Source of the DNA: Bacteroidota bacterium
GTDB lineage: Bacteria > Bacteroidota > Bacteroidia > Chitinophagales > Saprospiraceae
DNA: 64,000 nucleotides
Direction: 5' to 3'
NCBI GenBank assembly: GCA_014190515.1
Contig: BJGN01000001.1
Span: 1,630 to 65,629, forward strand
This document shows positions 1 to 10,815 of this stretch, in pieces (the first letter of the stretch is position 1; each line of letters starts with the position of its first letter). The translations under genes were made by a program, and so were the position numbers. The notes beneath the pieces were generated by a model. It was not told where the DNA came from. It ran no database searches and worked only from the letters and a program-made list of their open reading frames with translations.

Positions 1-230
1 ACGATAGAGAAGAAACCCTTTAAATCGGCATAAGTACCTCTATTTTTTCCTTTAATAAGAATATTCGTATAAGGGACTGGAAAGAGTTCTGCCTGATCAC
101 TTCCATCGAGAATTAATCCTGAAAATTGTACTAATTGCTGTTGATCATTACTGTTTTTCTGACTAAAAGCTACGTTTAAAGTCAGCAAAAAAACCAAAAG
201 CGAAGTAAAACGTATATAATATATATTCAT
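1..230 (-). CDS. 5' part of a secreted-protein gene running off the window start (signal peptide, then the start of a carboxypeptidase-regulatory-like domain)
   Basis: Not in the ORF track. Manual reverse-complement translation from ATG at 230-228 gives MNIYYIRFTSLLVFLLTLNVAFSQKNSNDQQQLVQFSGLILDGSDQAELFPVPYTNILIKGKNRGTYADLKGFFSIV, with no stop down to position 1. It has a hydrophobic signal peptide followed by a G-x-I-x-D...G-x-Y-x-D..G-x-F pattern typical of CarboxypepD_reg-type domains. Confidence 0.5.
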   Translation of the reverse strand, partial: MNIYYIRFTSLLVFLLTLNVAFSQKNSNDQQQLVQFSGLILDGSDQAELFPVPYTNILIKGKNRGTYADLKGFFSI

Positions 231-320
231 GCCCTGATATTTGAGATAAAGACTCCCCATCTAATTAAATGGTTCGATTTATTTCGTTTAAAATTACAAA
301 AAAACCAAATAAGAGGCAAA

Positions 321-2738
321 TTATTTATTCGCTGGTTCCAAAGCAAGATGTAAAACTTCAAACATATCGGTAACGTATTTGAAATTTAACCCCTTTATAT
401 ACTCAGGATTTATTTCAAGAATATGCTTTTCATTTTCCTTACAAAGGATTATATCCTTCATACCCACTCTTTTAGCTGCCAGTATTTTTTCTTTAATTCC
501 GCCAACGGGAAGCACTTTTCCTCTTAGCGTAATTTCACCTGTCATAGCGAGAAATGGTAATACTTTTCTTCCGGTATAGATTGAAGTAATGGCGGAAAGC
601 ATGGTTATACCTGCAGATGGACCGTCTTTAGGAATGGCTCCTTCAGGCATGTGCAAATGGATATCTCTTTTTTCCAATAACTCCATATCTATGTTCAACT
701 CTTCAGCATGAGCTTTTACGAAGCTCAAGGCAGTGGTAGCGGACTCTTTCATCACATCACCCAGATTTCCTGTCATGATAAGTTTACCATTTCCTTTTGT
801 CAGACAAGATTCCACAAAAAGAATAGCACCACCCATTTGAGTCCATGCCAAACCAATAGCAACCCCGGGTGTTTTATTCTCGGTATATTGATCTGGACTA
901 TAAATTGTGGGTCCCAAGAACTTATTAACCATAAGGTTGGTCAATTCAGGTTGATATTCCTCTTCACCTGCCACCCATTTTGCAATAGTTCTCATCACGG
1001 AAGCTATCTGACGATTCAGATTTCTAACACCAGATTCTTGTGTATAATGTTGTATTATAAACTCCAGAACCGCTGGTTTCCATTTAATATGTTTCTTTTG
1101 AAGACCATGCGCTTCCAATTGTTCAGGAATGAGGTATTTTTTGGCAATTTCCATTTTCTCCTCTACGGAATAACCACTTATTTCTATTATTTCCATTCTA
1201 TCCAATAGAGCAGGCTGAATAGTACTCAGAGAGTTTGCTGTGGCTATAAAAAGTACTTTTGACAAATCGAATTCAAGTTCCAGGTAATTATCTTGAAAAG
1301 TACTATTTTGTTCTGGATCGAGTACTTCAAGGAGAGCTGAAGAAGGGTCACCTCTAAAATCCCTGTTAATTTTATCGATTTCGTCTAAGATAAACACTGG
1401 ATTATTAGTGCCACTGCGTCTAAGCGATTGAATAATTCTACCTGGCATAGCCCCGATATAGGTTTTTCTATGTCCTCTTATTTCACTTTCATCAGAAATG
1501 CCACCTAATGACATTCGAATGAAATTTCTACCTAATGCTTTGGCGACAGACTTTCCGAGAGAGGTTTTACCAACACCTGGAGGGCCGACCAAACAGATGA
1601 TAGGCGCTTTCATATCACCCTTTAGTTTTAGAACGGCAAGATGCTCAATAATACGTTCCTTCACCTTTTCGAGACCAAAATGATCTGCATCCAGGGTCTT
1701 TTTTACTTTATTTAGGTCAAAAATATCTGCAGAGGTTTTGTCCCAGGGCAGTTCAGTAAGCAAATCAAGGTAGGTAATCTGCATACTATAATCTGGCGAA
1801 TGCGGATTAATTCTTTTCAGTCTGGCCAACTCCTTTTGAAAATGCTTGGCTGTTTTTTCAGACCATTTAATATTTTCTGCTTTGGCAGAAATCCTTGATA
1901 TTTCCTCTTCTTGTGGATTTTGCCCTAGTTCATCTTGAATCGTTTTCAGTTGTTGATTCAAGAAATAATCTCTTTGTTGTTTATCGATATCGACACGAAC
2001 TTTAGTTTCAATCTGGTCTTTAAATTCTAGTAATTGTAACTGTCTGGAAATTTCCCCCAGGATAAGCTCAGCCTTACCCGCCTGATCATCAGTTTCCAGG
2101 ATAAGCTGTTTAACTTCGATGGTTGAATTTAAATTAGAGGCAATAAAATTGAGTAAAAAGGTATTATCCTCAATACTTTTTAACATAGCGATAGCCTCAG
2201 AAGGAATATTTGGCGAAAGCTCAATAATCTTTTTCGCCATATCCATAATGGTAGAAATGAGCGCAGTAAATTCAAGACTTCCGCTTTTTTTCTGCTCCTC
2301 AAGAAGAGAAATTGATCCCTCTAAATAAGGTTTTTGCTTTGTAAGTTCGTCTAATCTAAACCGTTTCTGACCTCTTAAAATAGCTGTGGTCGTTCCGTCG
2401 GGCATACGAAGTAGCTTCATTATTTTAGCAACGGTGCCAATTTCGTATAAGTCTGCTTTTCCCGGATCTTCTTTTTGAATATCTCGTTGAGAGAGTACAC
2501 CGATAGCCCTGCTACTTGTATCAAAAGCCTTTTTAATTGATTTGATTGATTTATCTCTACCAACGGTTATTGGAATGATAACGCCGGGGTAAAGCACGGT
2601 ATTTTTGAGTGCTAAGATTGGCATGTGTCCAGGAATTTTACCCATCTTCCCCATAGAGCCATCGTCTTCCATGGGAATTATAGGCATGAATTCAGTATCA
2701 TCATCGTTTTCCTGATTTCCAAAAAATGTTTCGAACAT
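321..2738 (-). CDS. lon: ATP-dependent Lon protease (LonA type)
   Basis: LON substrate-binding N domain, Walker [10 protein letters not shown], catalytic Ser in [11 protein letters not shown] and Lys in GGIKEK. The track ORF begins at a TTG (2762); the first ATG (MFETFFGN) at 2738 is preferred. Confidence 0.95.
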   Translation of the reverse strand: MFETFFGNQENDDDTEFMPIIPMEDDGSMGKMGKIPGHMPILALKNTVLYPGVIIPITVGRDKSIKSIKKAFDTSSRAIGVLSQRDIQKEDPGKADLYEIGTVAKIMKLLRMPDGTTTAILRGQKRFRLDELTKQKPYLEGSISLLEEQKKSGSLEFTALISTIMDMAKKIIELSPNIPSEAIAMLKSIEDNTFLLNFIASNLNSTIEVKQLILETDDQAGKAELILGEISRQLQLLEFKDQIETKVRVDIDKQQRDYFLNQQLKTIQDELGQNPQEEEISRISAKAENIKWSEKTAKHFQKELARLKRINPHSPDYSMQITYLDLLTELPWDKTSADIFDLNKVKKTLDADHFGLEKVKERIIEHLAVLKLKGDMKAPIICLVGPPGVGKTSLGKSVAKALGRNFIRMSLGGISDESEIRGHRKTYIGAMPGRIIQSLRRSGTNNPVFILDEIDKINRDFRGDPSSALLEVLDPEQNSTFQDNYLELEFDLSKVLFIATANSLSTIQPALLDRMEIIEISGYSVEEKMEIAKKYLIPEQLEAHGLQKKHIKWKPAVLEFIIQHYTQESGVRNLNRQIASVMRTIAKWVAGEEEYQPELTNLMVNKFLGPTIYSPDQYTENKTPGVAIGLAWTQMGGAILFVESCLTKGNGKLIMTGNLGDVMKESATTALSFVKAHAEELNIDMELLEKRDIHLHMPEGAIPKDGPSAGITMLSAITSIYTGRKVLPFLAMTGEITLRGKVLPVGGIKEKILAAKRVGMKDIILCKENEKHILEINPEYIKGLNFKYVTDMFEVLHLALEPANK

Positions 2739-2771
2739 GGTATTATTTAATAAATAAATCAATATGACAAT

Positions 2772-2859
2772 ATGTCAGATAAATACCCCAAAGGCAATCT
2801 TTTGTATTGGGGTGATTATATTGGCAATATTTATGCCATTGCAAAGATGTCAGATAAAT
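2772..2859. repeat. Two copies of a 13-bp direct repeat ATGTCAGATAAAT (2772-2784 and 2847-2859) in the parE-lon intergenic region
   Basis: Exact 13/13 match read directly. The copies sit 75 bp apart, and the proximal copy lies 34-46 nt upstream of the lon ATG on the coding strand. A 6-bp stem ACCCCA/TGGGGT (2785-2790 / 2808-2813) lies between them. Confidence 0.6.
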
Positions 2860-2907
2860 GACTCAGGGAAACGAAAAACTCCTTTAAAATTCGGACATAA
2901 TTACTAA

Positions 2908-4779
2908 TCAAATGCCTGTAATTTCAAGGATGTCATTTTTTTCAAAGCGAAGATTCCCGATAATAAATTCCTGTCTTAAAGGGGTATTTTTACCCATATA
3001 GTAGGCAAGAATCTCATCAATATCTGTTTCATCATTGAGGAAAACCGGATCCAATCTTATATCTGAGCCAATAAAGCTACTAAATTCGCCGGGAGAAATT
3101 TCCCCAAGACCTTTAAATCGGGTAATTTCAGGTTTACCTTTTAATTTTGCTATCGCCTCTTGTTTTTCCTTTTCGGAATAACAATAAAACTTTTGATTCT
3201 TATCTCTCACCCTAAAAAGAGGGGTATCTAAAATATAAACATGTCCACTTCGAACAAGATCGGGGAAGAATTGCAGAAAAAAGGTAAGCAGAAGCAATCT
3301 GATGTGCATTCCATCGACATCGGCATCCGTTGCAACAACAATTTGATTATAGCGAAGATCCTCAATACCATCTTCAATATTTAGCGCGTGCTGTAACAGA
3401 TTAAACTCCTCATTTTCATAAACGACCTTTTTAGTCATTCCAAAACAATTCAGTGGTTTTCCACGTAAGCTGAAAACTGCTTGAAACTGAACATTTCGCG
3501 CTTTAGTAATAGAACCACTGGCAGAGTCCCCTTCTGTTATAAAGAGGGTTGTTTTATGTCGATCCTCATCGCTTACCTTTTTTGGAGGGTCATTAAAATG
3601 AATGCGGCAATCTCTCAATTTTTTATTGTGGAGATTTGCCTTTTTTGCCCTTTGATTGGCGAGTTTTTTAATGTCTGCAATTTCTGTTCTTTCTCTTTCA
3701 GACTGCAGGATTCGCTTTTCAATTAACTTAGCGATTTCGGGATTTTTATGTAAGTAATTATCCAGTTGTTCTTTAACAAAATTCCCAATAAACGTTCGCA
3801 CGGACGGAGCATCGGGACCCATGTGAGAAGATCCGAGTTTTGTCTTAGTTTGGGACTCAAAGACAGGCTCTTCCACCCGAATACTTACGGCGGCCATGAT
3901 AGAGCTTAAAACATCTCTTCTATCGTAATTCTTTTTAAAGAACTCTGCCACAGTTTTAGCGATGGCATCTTTAAATGCCAGTAAATGCGTTCCACCTTGA
4001 GTAGTATTCTGACCATTGACGAAAGAATAATATAATTCGCCATATTGATTTCCATGGGTTATGGCTAACTCGATATCTTCCCCTTTCAGATGAATAATTG
4101 GGTATCGCAACTCATCATTTTTTGTTTTGCGCTCTAAAAGATCTAACAAGCCATTTTTAGAAACGATGGTAGTACCATTGAAAATGAGTTTTAAGCCTGC
4201 ATTTAAATAGGCATAATTCCAGAGTTGATTTTCGATAAATTCTTTTCTGAAACGAAAATTCCTAAATATGTCAGCATCAGGTTCAAAATAAACCCAAGTA
4301 CCGTTTGATTCTGTAGCATCGATCAGAGCAGATTCATCGACTAGCATCCCCTGATGGAATGCTGCCTTTTTTTGTTTCCCATCGCGGTAGGAAGTAACCA
4401 TAAATTTCGAGGAAAGGGCATTAACCGCTTTCGTACCTACCCCGTTAAGGCCTACCGATTTTTTAAAAGCCTTAGAATCATATTTTCCACCTGTATTTAT
4501 CTGGGAAACGCATTCAATAACTTTTCCCAGAGGAATACCCCGTCCAAAATCTCTGATTTCCATGGAATGATCATCCATTTTAATCAGCACTTGTTTTCCG
4601 AAGCCCATGACAAATTCATCGATGGTATTATCTATTACCTCTTTAATGAGGATATAAATACCGTCATCAGGGGTAGAACCATCTCCCAATTTACCGATAT
4701 ACATACCGGGTCTCAGACGAATATGTTCACGCCAGTCGAGTGAAATGATATTATCTTCGGAGTAATTATTTTCCAGCAT
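2908..4779 (-). CDS. parE: Type IIA topoisomerase B subunit, most likely topoisomerase IV subunit B
   Basis: GHKL ATPase motifs EVIDNTIDE and GLNGVG, Toprim [18 protein letters not shown]. At 623 aa it has the short form and the N-terminus [20 protein letters not shown] typical of Bacteroidota ParE rather than GyrB. Confidence 0.8.
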   Translation of the reverse strand: MLENNYSEDNIISLDWREHIRLRPGMYIGKLGDGSTPDDGIYILIKEVIDNTIDEFVMGFGKQVLIKMDDHSMEIRDFGRGIPLGKVIECVSQINTGGKYDSKAFKKSVGLNGVGTKAVNALSSKFMVTSYRDGKQKKAAFHQGMLVDESALIDATESNGTWVYFEPDADIFRNFRFRKEFIENQLWNYAYLNAGLKLIFNGTTIVSKNGLLDLLERKTKNDELRYPIIHLKGEDIELAITHGNQYGELYYSFVNGQNTTQGGTHLLAFKDAIAKTVAEFFKKNYDRRDVLSSIMAAVSIRVEEPVFESQTKTKLGSSHMGPDAPSVRTFIGNFVKEQLDNYLHKNPEIAKLIEKRILQSERERTEIADIKKLANQRAKKANLHNKKLRDCRIHFNDPPKKVSDEDRHKTTLFITEGDSASGSITKARNVQFQAVFSLRGKPLNCFGMTKKVVYENEEFNLLQHALNIEDGIEDLRYNQIVVATDADVDGMHIRLLLLTFFLQFFPDLVRSGHVYILDTPLFRVRDKNQKFYCYSEKEKQEAIAKLKGKPEITRFKGLGEISPGEFSSFIGSDIRLDPVFLNDETDIDEILAYYMGKNTPLRQEFIIGNLRFEKNDILEITGI

Positions 4780-4807
4780 TTTTATAATTATTTTAGGATT
4801 TGAATCA

Positions 4808-6142
4808 TCAAATCATTTCGTCTAACAAGGAGGCTATTTTTTGAGTTAAACCCAAACGACTATATTTTTCAATGTTTTTATTCTGAAATGAAAAAATAGA
4901 TTGATCTAAATACTGATTAAAGAAAATAGAGATAGCCTTCTCCATACTTTCTTCATCGTTATAATCTGCCAATAAACCCGAAGAAGTATTGGTTATTTCG
5001 GCCGATAAATCTCCCCCTATTGGCCCAAGGGCTAATATAGGTCTATTTGACGCTAAATATTCAAAAAACTTTCCTGTCAGCACCCATTTGGCACCTTCAA
5101 AATTATCAACAAAAAGTAAAAGAACCGTAGCTTCCATTTGCCTTTTCACCACTTCTTCAAATGGAATAAAGTCAACAATATTTATAAAAGATTCAAGATT
5201 ATATTTTTTAATATCCTCTGATACAGAACTATCAACTTTGCCAACTAACTGAATATTTAATTTCGAAGCAAATAATTCGTTGGCATCAATAAGACTTTTA
5301 ATAACCTTCCAAAACAAAGAATTATTTCTTCTTTGAGAGAGCGTACCTGCATAGAGCAGGGTAAATTTTTCTTTCTTTACGAGAGGTTTTTCAAAGCGCT
5401 GGTAATCATCTATATCAAAACCATTCATGACAATATCAGAATGAATACCCGCATTTTCAAAATTCTGCATTTGCATATTCCTGCCGATGACCACTACTTT
5501 ATCGGCAGTTTGCAAAATTCTTTTTTCTAGTGTAATATGTTTATTAACGGCCCATTTTGACAACATCAGCGCTGAAAAATATTCAGACCAGGGATCTCGA
5601 AAATCAGCCATCCACGGAACATTGAATTTTAACTTTAACTTTAAGGCAATCAAATGTAAAGAATGAGGTGGACCAGATGAAATAACGGCTTGAAATTTGT
5701 TTTTGTTATAATAATCAGAAAGAAAACGAAAAGAAGGATTTACCCAAAAAAGCCTGGAATCAGGAATAAAAAAATTTCCCCGAATCCAGATAGCTATTCT
5801 TTCTTTCCAACCCTTTTGAATATAGGTTTTGACATTAACCAAATGCCCGAAATCCATTTTTGTATCCCTTTTCTTTCCTGTAAATTTTCTGTAAAGAGAA
5901 AAGGGCTCCCAAATTGGTCTTTTAATAATTTCAATATCCGATGGAATTTCATCCAACCGATTTGAATCAATAATGGGATAATCAGGATTTGAGGGGACAT
6001 AAACGATAGGCTCCCAACCAAAGGTTCTTAAGTATTTAACAAATTTCAACCACCTGTGTACCCCTGCTCCACCTGAAGGTGGCCAATAATATAGAATGAT
6101 TAAAACACGTTTTAAATGCCCGGACTCCTTATTCATATTCAT
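4808..6142 (-). CDS. Glycosyltransferase (GT-B fold, GT4-like)
   Basis: N-terminus [22 protein letters not shown] resembles the GT4 N-terminal sugar-acceptor domain. 444 aa, only 28 nt upstream of parE. No finer assignment is possible. Confidence 0.55.
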   Translation of the reverse strand: MNMNKESGHLKRVLIILYYWPPSGGAGVHRWLKFVKYLRTFGWEPIVYVPSNPDYPIIDSNRLDEIPSDIEIIKRPIWEPFSLYRKFTGKKRDTKMDFGHLVNVKTYIQKGWKERIAIWIRGNFFIPDSRLFWVNPSFRFLSDYYNKNKFQAVISSGPPHSLHLIALKLKLKFNVPWMADFRDPWSEYFSALMLSKWAVNKHITLEKRILQTADKVVVIGRNMQMQNFENAGIHSDIVMNGFDIDDYQRFEKPLVKKEKFTLLYAGTLSQRRNNSLFWKVIKSLIDANELFASKLNIQLVGKVDSSVSEDIKKYNLESFINIVDFIPFEEVVKRQMEATVLLLFVDNFEGAKWVLTGKFFEYLASNRPILALGPIGGDLSAEITNTSSGLLADYNDEESMEKAISIFFNQYLDQSIFSFQNKNIEKYSRLGLTQKIASLLDEMI

Positions 6143-6197
6143 TTATATATAAAAACAAGCACTGAATCAATTCTGCTTTAATTTCCCACAAAATAAC

Positions 6198-6205
6198 TAC
6201 TTTTG
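6198..6205 (+). promoter_or_regulatory. Bacteroidota -7 type promoter motif TACTTTTG (TAnnTTTG)
   Basis: Exact TAnnTTTG match 30 nt upstream of the ATG at 6235. Confidence 0.45.
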
Positions 6206-6234
6206 AATAACACTTATCGATTTAATACAAAATT

Positions 6235-7284
6235 ATGAATAGGAGAGATTTTCATGAGCTTGCTTCAATGGGGATAATTGGCTCATTATTAGCGTCCACA
6301 TCAAAGCGTCCTGGTACTTCTTTGAAGGCAAATAGTGACCTTATCAAGCCACAAAGACTCCTTCCCGGTGATAAAGTTGGCTTAATCACCCCTGGAAGTT
6401 ATGTTCCCGATATCGGTTACGAAAAAGCATTGAATAATCTTACTCAATTAGGCCTGCAAGTTGTTCCTGGCAAGTATGTCAGAGAAAAAAGAGGCTTCAC
6501 GGCAGGAACAGACGAACAAAGACTGGAAGACATTCATACTTTTTTTGAAGATCCTTCCATTAAAGCTATTTGGTGTGCCCGCGGTGGTTATGGTTGTTCC
6601 AGGCTTTTACCCAACATCAATTATGAACTCATCAGAAATAATCCTAAAATACTCATTGGGTACAGTGACATTACGGCCCTCCTTCAAGCTATTTTCCTTC
6701 GAACTGGCCTGGTAGGGTTTCACGGCCCGGTGGCTGCGGCTACCTGGACTCCCTATACGGTTCAACATATTAAAGGCGTTCTCTTTGATTCTTTTACAAA
6801 ACCTTATGTTATTAATTTAGCAACAGAGGAATTAACCCCTGAAAGAGAGCATTTTAAACCTTACAGCATACAGGCTGGAAAAGTTTCAGGAAGGCTAATG
6901 GGTGGTAATGTAAGTCTTCTTGCCGCTCTTGCGGGAACACCCTTTGCTTTTGATGCTACCGATAAATTATTTTTCATGGAAGATATTGACGAACGTCCTT
7001 ACAGCCTCGATAGAATGTTTACCCAATTGAGGCAATCTGCAAATCTTCATAAAGCTAAAGGATTGATTTTAGGCGTTTTCGAGGGATGTAATCCTAAAAA
7101 AGATGAAGAATCACTATCCCTGAAAGAAACTATTTTTGATCGGCTTAGCGATCTTAATATACCTTCGGTTTATGGTCTCTCCTTTGGTCATGTACCTAAT
7201 AATTTTACATTACCCATAGGTATATTAGCCGAACTTGATACTGAAAATAAAACGTTAACCTACCTGGAGTCTCCCACTGCTTAA
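6235..7284 (+). CDS. LD-carboxypeptidase (peptidase S66) with a Tat-like signal peptide
   Basis: Nucleophile elbow GYSDITAL, acidic FMEDIDE and SFGHVPNN (Ser/Glu/His triad context). The N-terminus MNRRDFHELASMGIIGSLLAS has a twin-arginine RRxF followed by a hydrophobic stretch. Confidence 0.8.
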   Translation: MNRRDFHELASMGIIGSLLASTSKRPGTSLKANSDLIKPQRLLPGDKVGLITPGSYVPDIGYEKALNNLTQLGLQVVPGKYVREKRGFTAGTDEQRLEDIHTFFEDPSIKAIWCARGGYGCSRLLPNINYELIRNNPKILIGYSDITALLQAIFLRTGLVGFHGPVAAATWTPYTVQHIKGVLFDSFTKPYVINLATEELTPEREHFKPYSIQAGKVSGRLMGGNVSLLAALAGTPFAFDATDKLFFMEDIDERPYSLDRMFTQLRQSANLHKAKGLILGVFEGCNPKKDEESLSLKETIFDRLSDLNIPSVYGLSFGHVPNNFTLPIGILAELDTENKTLTYLESPTA

Positions 7285-7299
7285 CCCTTTTTAACGATA

Positions 7300-8313
7300 A
7301 TGCTTACCTTAAATGTCCATCCTTTTCAGTTAAAACTTCGTCATACTTTTAGAATCACTCATGGTTCCAGAGATTATCAGCCTACGGTAATTATCTCCCT
7401 TTCCAACGGTATTTATACGGGATATGGCGAAGCTACCGCTACTAAATATTATGGACTTGATCAAGATGAAATGATTCAGCGTTTTAATGCCTGGAAGCCC
7501 ATTATTGAGTCTACCCCTCTGGTAACAGCAGAGCAATATTGGGAACTGCTTCATCCTCTTCTTAAAAATCATCCCTTTGAACAATGTGCCCTGGACGAGG
7601 CAGCACACGATCTTTTGGCTCAAATGGAAGGATTACCTCTTTATAAAAAATGGGGTTTACACTACCAAAATAATCCTCTGACAGATTATACACTGGGCTT
7701 TGGTCCAATAGAGGAAATGGTTGCAAAAATGAATGAAATGCCTTGGCCTATCTATAAAATTAAGCTGGGAACAAAAGATGATTTAAACATCATAAGACAT
7801 CTTCGAAAGCATACTACTGCTGTTTTTCGTGTGGATGCCAATACCGCCTGGACAGCGGAGGAAACCTTAGCTTATGCTCCAGAATTGAAAGATTTGGGCG
7901 TTGAATTTATCGAACAACCCCTGAAACCTGAAGATTGTGAAGGACAAAGGCTCTTGTTTGAAAAATGCGTTTTACCTGTGATTGCCGACGAGAGCTGTCA
8001 AAAGGAAGAAGATGTAAAACGCTGTGCAGGATATTTTCATGGTGTAAATATTAAACTAATGAAATGTGGCGGACTTACCCCCGCGCTTCGGATGATACAA
8101 GAAGCTAAAGAACTGAATATGAAAGTTATGGTTGGTTGTATGACTGAGTCTTCCGTTGGTATTACAGCCATTGCCCATCTATTGCCTTTGTTAGATTATG
8201 TCGATATGGATGGCGCTCTTTTATTGTCTAATGACCCTGCTGAAGGAGCTATCATAGAACATGGGGAGGTAGTTCTTCCCCAACGAAATGGTATCGGCGC
8301 TAAACTTATTTGA
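7300..8313 (+). CDS. Dipeptide epimerase of the enolase superfamily (L-Ala-D/L-Glu epimerase-like)
   Basis: KxK motif YKIKLG; metal ligands in RVDAN, IEQP and IADES; second catalytic Lys in NIKLMKCGG. 337 aa. Confidence 0.8.
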   Translation: MLTLNVHPFQLKLRHTFRITHGSRDYQPTVIISLSNGIYTGYGEATATKYYGLDQDEMIQRFNAWKPIIESTPLVTAEQYWELLHPLLKNHPFEQCALDEAAHDLLAQMEGLPLYKKWGLHYQNNPLTDYTLGFGPIEEMVAKMNEMPWPIYKIKLGTKDDLNIIRHLRKHTTAVFRVDANTAWTAEETLAYAPELKDLGVEFIEQPLKPEDCEGQRLLFEKCVLPVIADESCQKEEDVKRCAGYFHGVNIKLMKCGGLTPALRMIQEAKELNMKVMVGCMTESSVGITAIAHLLPLLDYVDMDGALLLSNDPAEGAIIEHGEVVLPQRNGIGAKLI

Positions 8314-8342
8314 TTATCTAGTAGCTTGAAAAATATTCATTT

Positions 8343-9398
8343 ATGATGTATAACCTGAGTCATCAACCAGGCAGATGGATGTTTTGTGAAGGGTCAGCCC
8401 TTTTATATTTTAGTGGAACAAGCTATTTGGGCATAGCAAATGACCCCGTTTTTCATGAAAGGTTAGCCTCCTCCATAAGTCAGTATGGCAGTAATTTTGG
8501 AAGTTCCAGGGTAGGATTCATGCGCCTGGCTGTTTATGAAGAAACGGAGGAATTATTGGCCAGGTACCTTGGACAGGAAGCAGCATTAACGGTTTCATCG
8601 GGCACTTTAGCAGGAATTTTAGCCTATAAAGTTTTTACCACTGTCGGTGAATTAATATTTGCCCCCAATGCTCATCCTGCCCTTTGGTTAGATATCCCTG
8701 AAAGTTTTAGCAGTAGAAGCGAGTGGGAAGAAACTTGTATTTTAAAAAGCCATTTATCTGGTCCACCTCTTTTTATTTACAGTAATGCCATTGATTCCCT
8801 ACAAGTTATAGAATATGATTTTAACTGGCTGCAAAGACTGGGAAATAAGCGAGAAATTATTTTGGTCTTAGACGAATCCCATACACTGGGTATCCGGGGA
8901 AAGGACGGTAGTGGCATTTTGTCATCCCTAACCTTGCCTGAACAGGTTCAGGGTTTCGTTATAAGTAGTATGGGTAAAGGATTGGGCATTCCCGCCGGTG
9001 TCATTGCCGGTAATAAATTTTGGATAGACAAAATATGGAATAGCCCTCATTTTGGTGGAGCATCGCCTGCATTGCCCGCTTATTTAGATACCTGGATTCA
9101 AATGCAAGACCATTATACATCTTTGCGTACCGTTTTATTTCAAAATTTACACCAATTTGAAAATCTCATTGGAGCTGAAAATCAGGTATTAAGAAGTGTC
9201 CCTGAATACCCTGTACATTTTTCGACAAAAAAAACGCTATCAAACCATTTACTCCTTCATCAAATGTACGTTTCCCATTTCCCCTACCCAACGTCACTGG
9301 ACGAGCCCATCACCAGAATAGTTTTGAGTGCGCTCCACTTACCTGAAGATATTCAAAGACTTGCCACGGCTATATCAAGTTACGACCCTACGTTGTAG
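8343..9398 (+). CDS. PLP-dependent alpha-oxoamine synthase family enzyme (BioF/KBL-like), short form
   Basis: By-eye alignment to BioF. LLYFSGTSYLGIANDP matches LLNFSSNDYLGL, LDESHTLGIRGKDGSG matches DDAHGxGxxGxxGRG, and the Schiff-base Lys lies in SSMGKGLG. C-terminal ITRIVLSALHLPEDIQRL matches RLRLTLTAAH. 351 aa. Confidence 0.7.
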   Translation: MMYNLSHQPGRWMFCEGSALLYFSGTSYLGIANDPVFHERLASSISQYGSNFGSSRVGFMRLAVYEETEELLARYLGQEAALTVSSGTLAGILAYKVFTTVGELIFAPNAHPALWLDIPESFSSRSEWEETCILKSHLSGPPLFIYSNAIDSLQVIEYDFNWLQRLGNKREIILVLDESHTLGIRGKDGSGILSSLTLPEQVQGFVISSMGKGLGIPAGVIAGNKFWIDKIWNSPHFGGASPALPAYLDTWIQMQDHYTSLRTVLFQNLHQFENLIGAENQVLRSVPEYPVHFSTKKTLSNHLLLHQMYVSHFPYPTSLDEPITRIVLSALHLPEDIQRLATAISSYDPTL

Positions 9399-10815
9399 TT
9401 TGTTTTGAATTTTCTAAAAACAACTTGTGACTATCATCCGGAAATAGCAGGCTGCCCATTACAACGAAAAAAAGACTTATTCCACCTCCGATTAGAATGC
9501 TTGGTATCTGACTATGAATGACGAATTCTGCTAATGTCCAGGCAAACAATCCACTAATCATGCTAAAAATAGCCCCAATCCTTGACGTTGATTTCCAAAA
9601 TAATCCTGCAGTTAACGGAAAAAACAAGGCGACTAAACTTAACGCCGAGGACATACCCACCAACTCGTATATATTTGATTTACTTGTTGCCAGAAATGCG
9701 GCACAAATGGCTACACCCACGACAGAAAGCCTCATAGTGTGAAGCATCAATTTATCGGAATTATTCCTCAACATTGGCCTTAAAATATTCTCTCCAATGA
9801 CCGTTGCAGGAGCTAAAATAGCCCCGGAGGTAGTGCTTAAAATAGCAGACAGAAGAGCACCAAAAAAAACGATTTGTAAAAATAATGAACCATGTTCCAA
9901 AACGATGATTGGAATTATCATCTGGGTATCCGCCGGATTGGATGTTGGATATAAGTAGTTTGCGCATAGCCCTATGAATAATGGAATTAAACCGATGGTC
10001 ACATACATTAATCCAGCAATAATTCCAGATTTAACCGCTGTGTTTTCCGATTTTGCAGCCATAACCCTCTGAAAAACATCTTGTTGAGGTATTGAACCCA
10101 GTCCTATGGTAATCCATGCGGCGAAATATTCCATCACAGCCATTGGTTTTGCTTCGGGTAAGAAATTGAAAAAGCCTTCGGGTTGAGCGTCTAAAACCAC
10201 CTGAATACCACCTGCCTGATCAGATAAAGAATAAGCCAGAAGTAACATGCCAATGATAATCATGATAGACTGAACGGCGTCCGTAATAGAAACAGCCCAC
10301 ATGCCGCCAAAATAAGTATAAAATACAACCACAATTGTGCATAAGATAATCCCATAAATGAGTGGAACCCCAATGATTGTTTTCAATACAATGGCAAGAG
10401 CGACCAACTGAGCGGCAATCCATCCAAAATAAGAGGGAATCATAAAAACAGCTGAGGTGATTTCAGCGATTCGCCCAAATCTCATTTTAAAAAAATCATT
10501 AAAGGTTAAAATATTTAACCTGTACAATGGTCTGGCATAGATGAGCCCCACCAATACCAGACAAAGACCTGCACCAAAAGGATCTTCAATAATACCTAGA
10601 ACACCGTTTTCTGCAAATTCTGCCGGCGCACCCAGTATGGTTTCAGAGCCAAACCAGGTAGCAAATAATGCACAAGCTGCCAGACTTGTGGGTAAACGAC
10701 GGCCAGCGATAACAAAATCTTTGGTAGTTTTAACTTTACTTGAAGCCCACCATCCGATAAGAACAGTCCCAAACAAATATAGACCGATGAAAACCAATAA
10801 ATATCCATGTATCAT
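9388..10815 (-). CDS. Sodium:solute symporter family (SSS) transporter
   Basis: About 13 hydrophobic segments. N-terminal GWWASSKVKTTKDFVIAGRRLP and WFGSETILG are typical of SSS proteins. The start overlaps the stop of the upstream kinase (ATGA). Confidence 0.8.
   Translation of the reverse strand: MIHGYLLVFIGLYLFGTVLIGWWASSKVKTTKDFVIAGRRLPTSLAACALFATWFGSETILGAPAEFAENGVLGIIEDPFGAGLCLVLVGLIYARPLYRLNILTFNDFFKMRFGRIAEITSAVFMIPSYFGWIAAQLVALAIVLKTIIGVPLIYGIILCTIVVVFYTYFGGMWAVSITDAVQSIMIIIGMLLLAYSLSDQAGGIQVVLDAQPEGFFNFLPEAKPMAVMEYFAAWITIGLGSIPQQDVFQRVMAAKSENTAVKSGIIAGLMYVTIGLIPLFIGLCANYLYPTSNPADTQMIIPIIVLEHGSLFLQIVFFGALLSAILSTTSGAILAPATVIGENILRPMLRNNSDKLMLHTMRLSVVGVAICAAFLATSKSNIYELVGMSSALSLVALFFPLTAGLFWKSTSRIGAIFSMISGLFAWTLAEFVIHSQIPSILIGGGISLFFVVMGSLLFPDDSHKLFLENSKQTTT

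Noticed and set aside
379-2328. Plus-strand track ORFs 379-579, 708-1208, 1498-1683 and 2119-2328
   Set aside because: All lie antisense inside the strongly supported lon gene. Their translations are low-complexity with no motifs, as expected for chance ORFs opposite a long CDS in AT-rich DNA.
3481-6021. Track ORFs 3481-3726, 4354-4743, 4989-5252, 5333-5530, 5690-5965 (plus strand) and 5794-6021 (minus strand)
   Set aside because: They are antisense or out of frame within parE and the glycosyltransferase gene. They have no recognisable motifs, and the host genes have clear family signatures.
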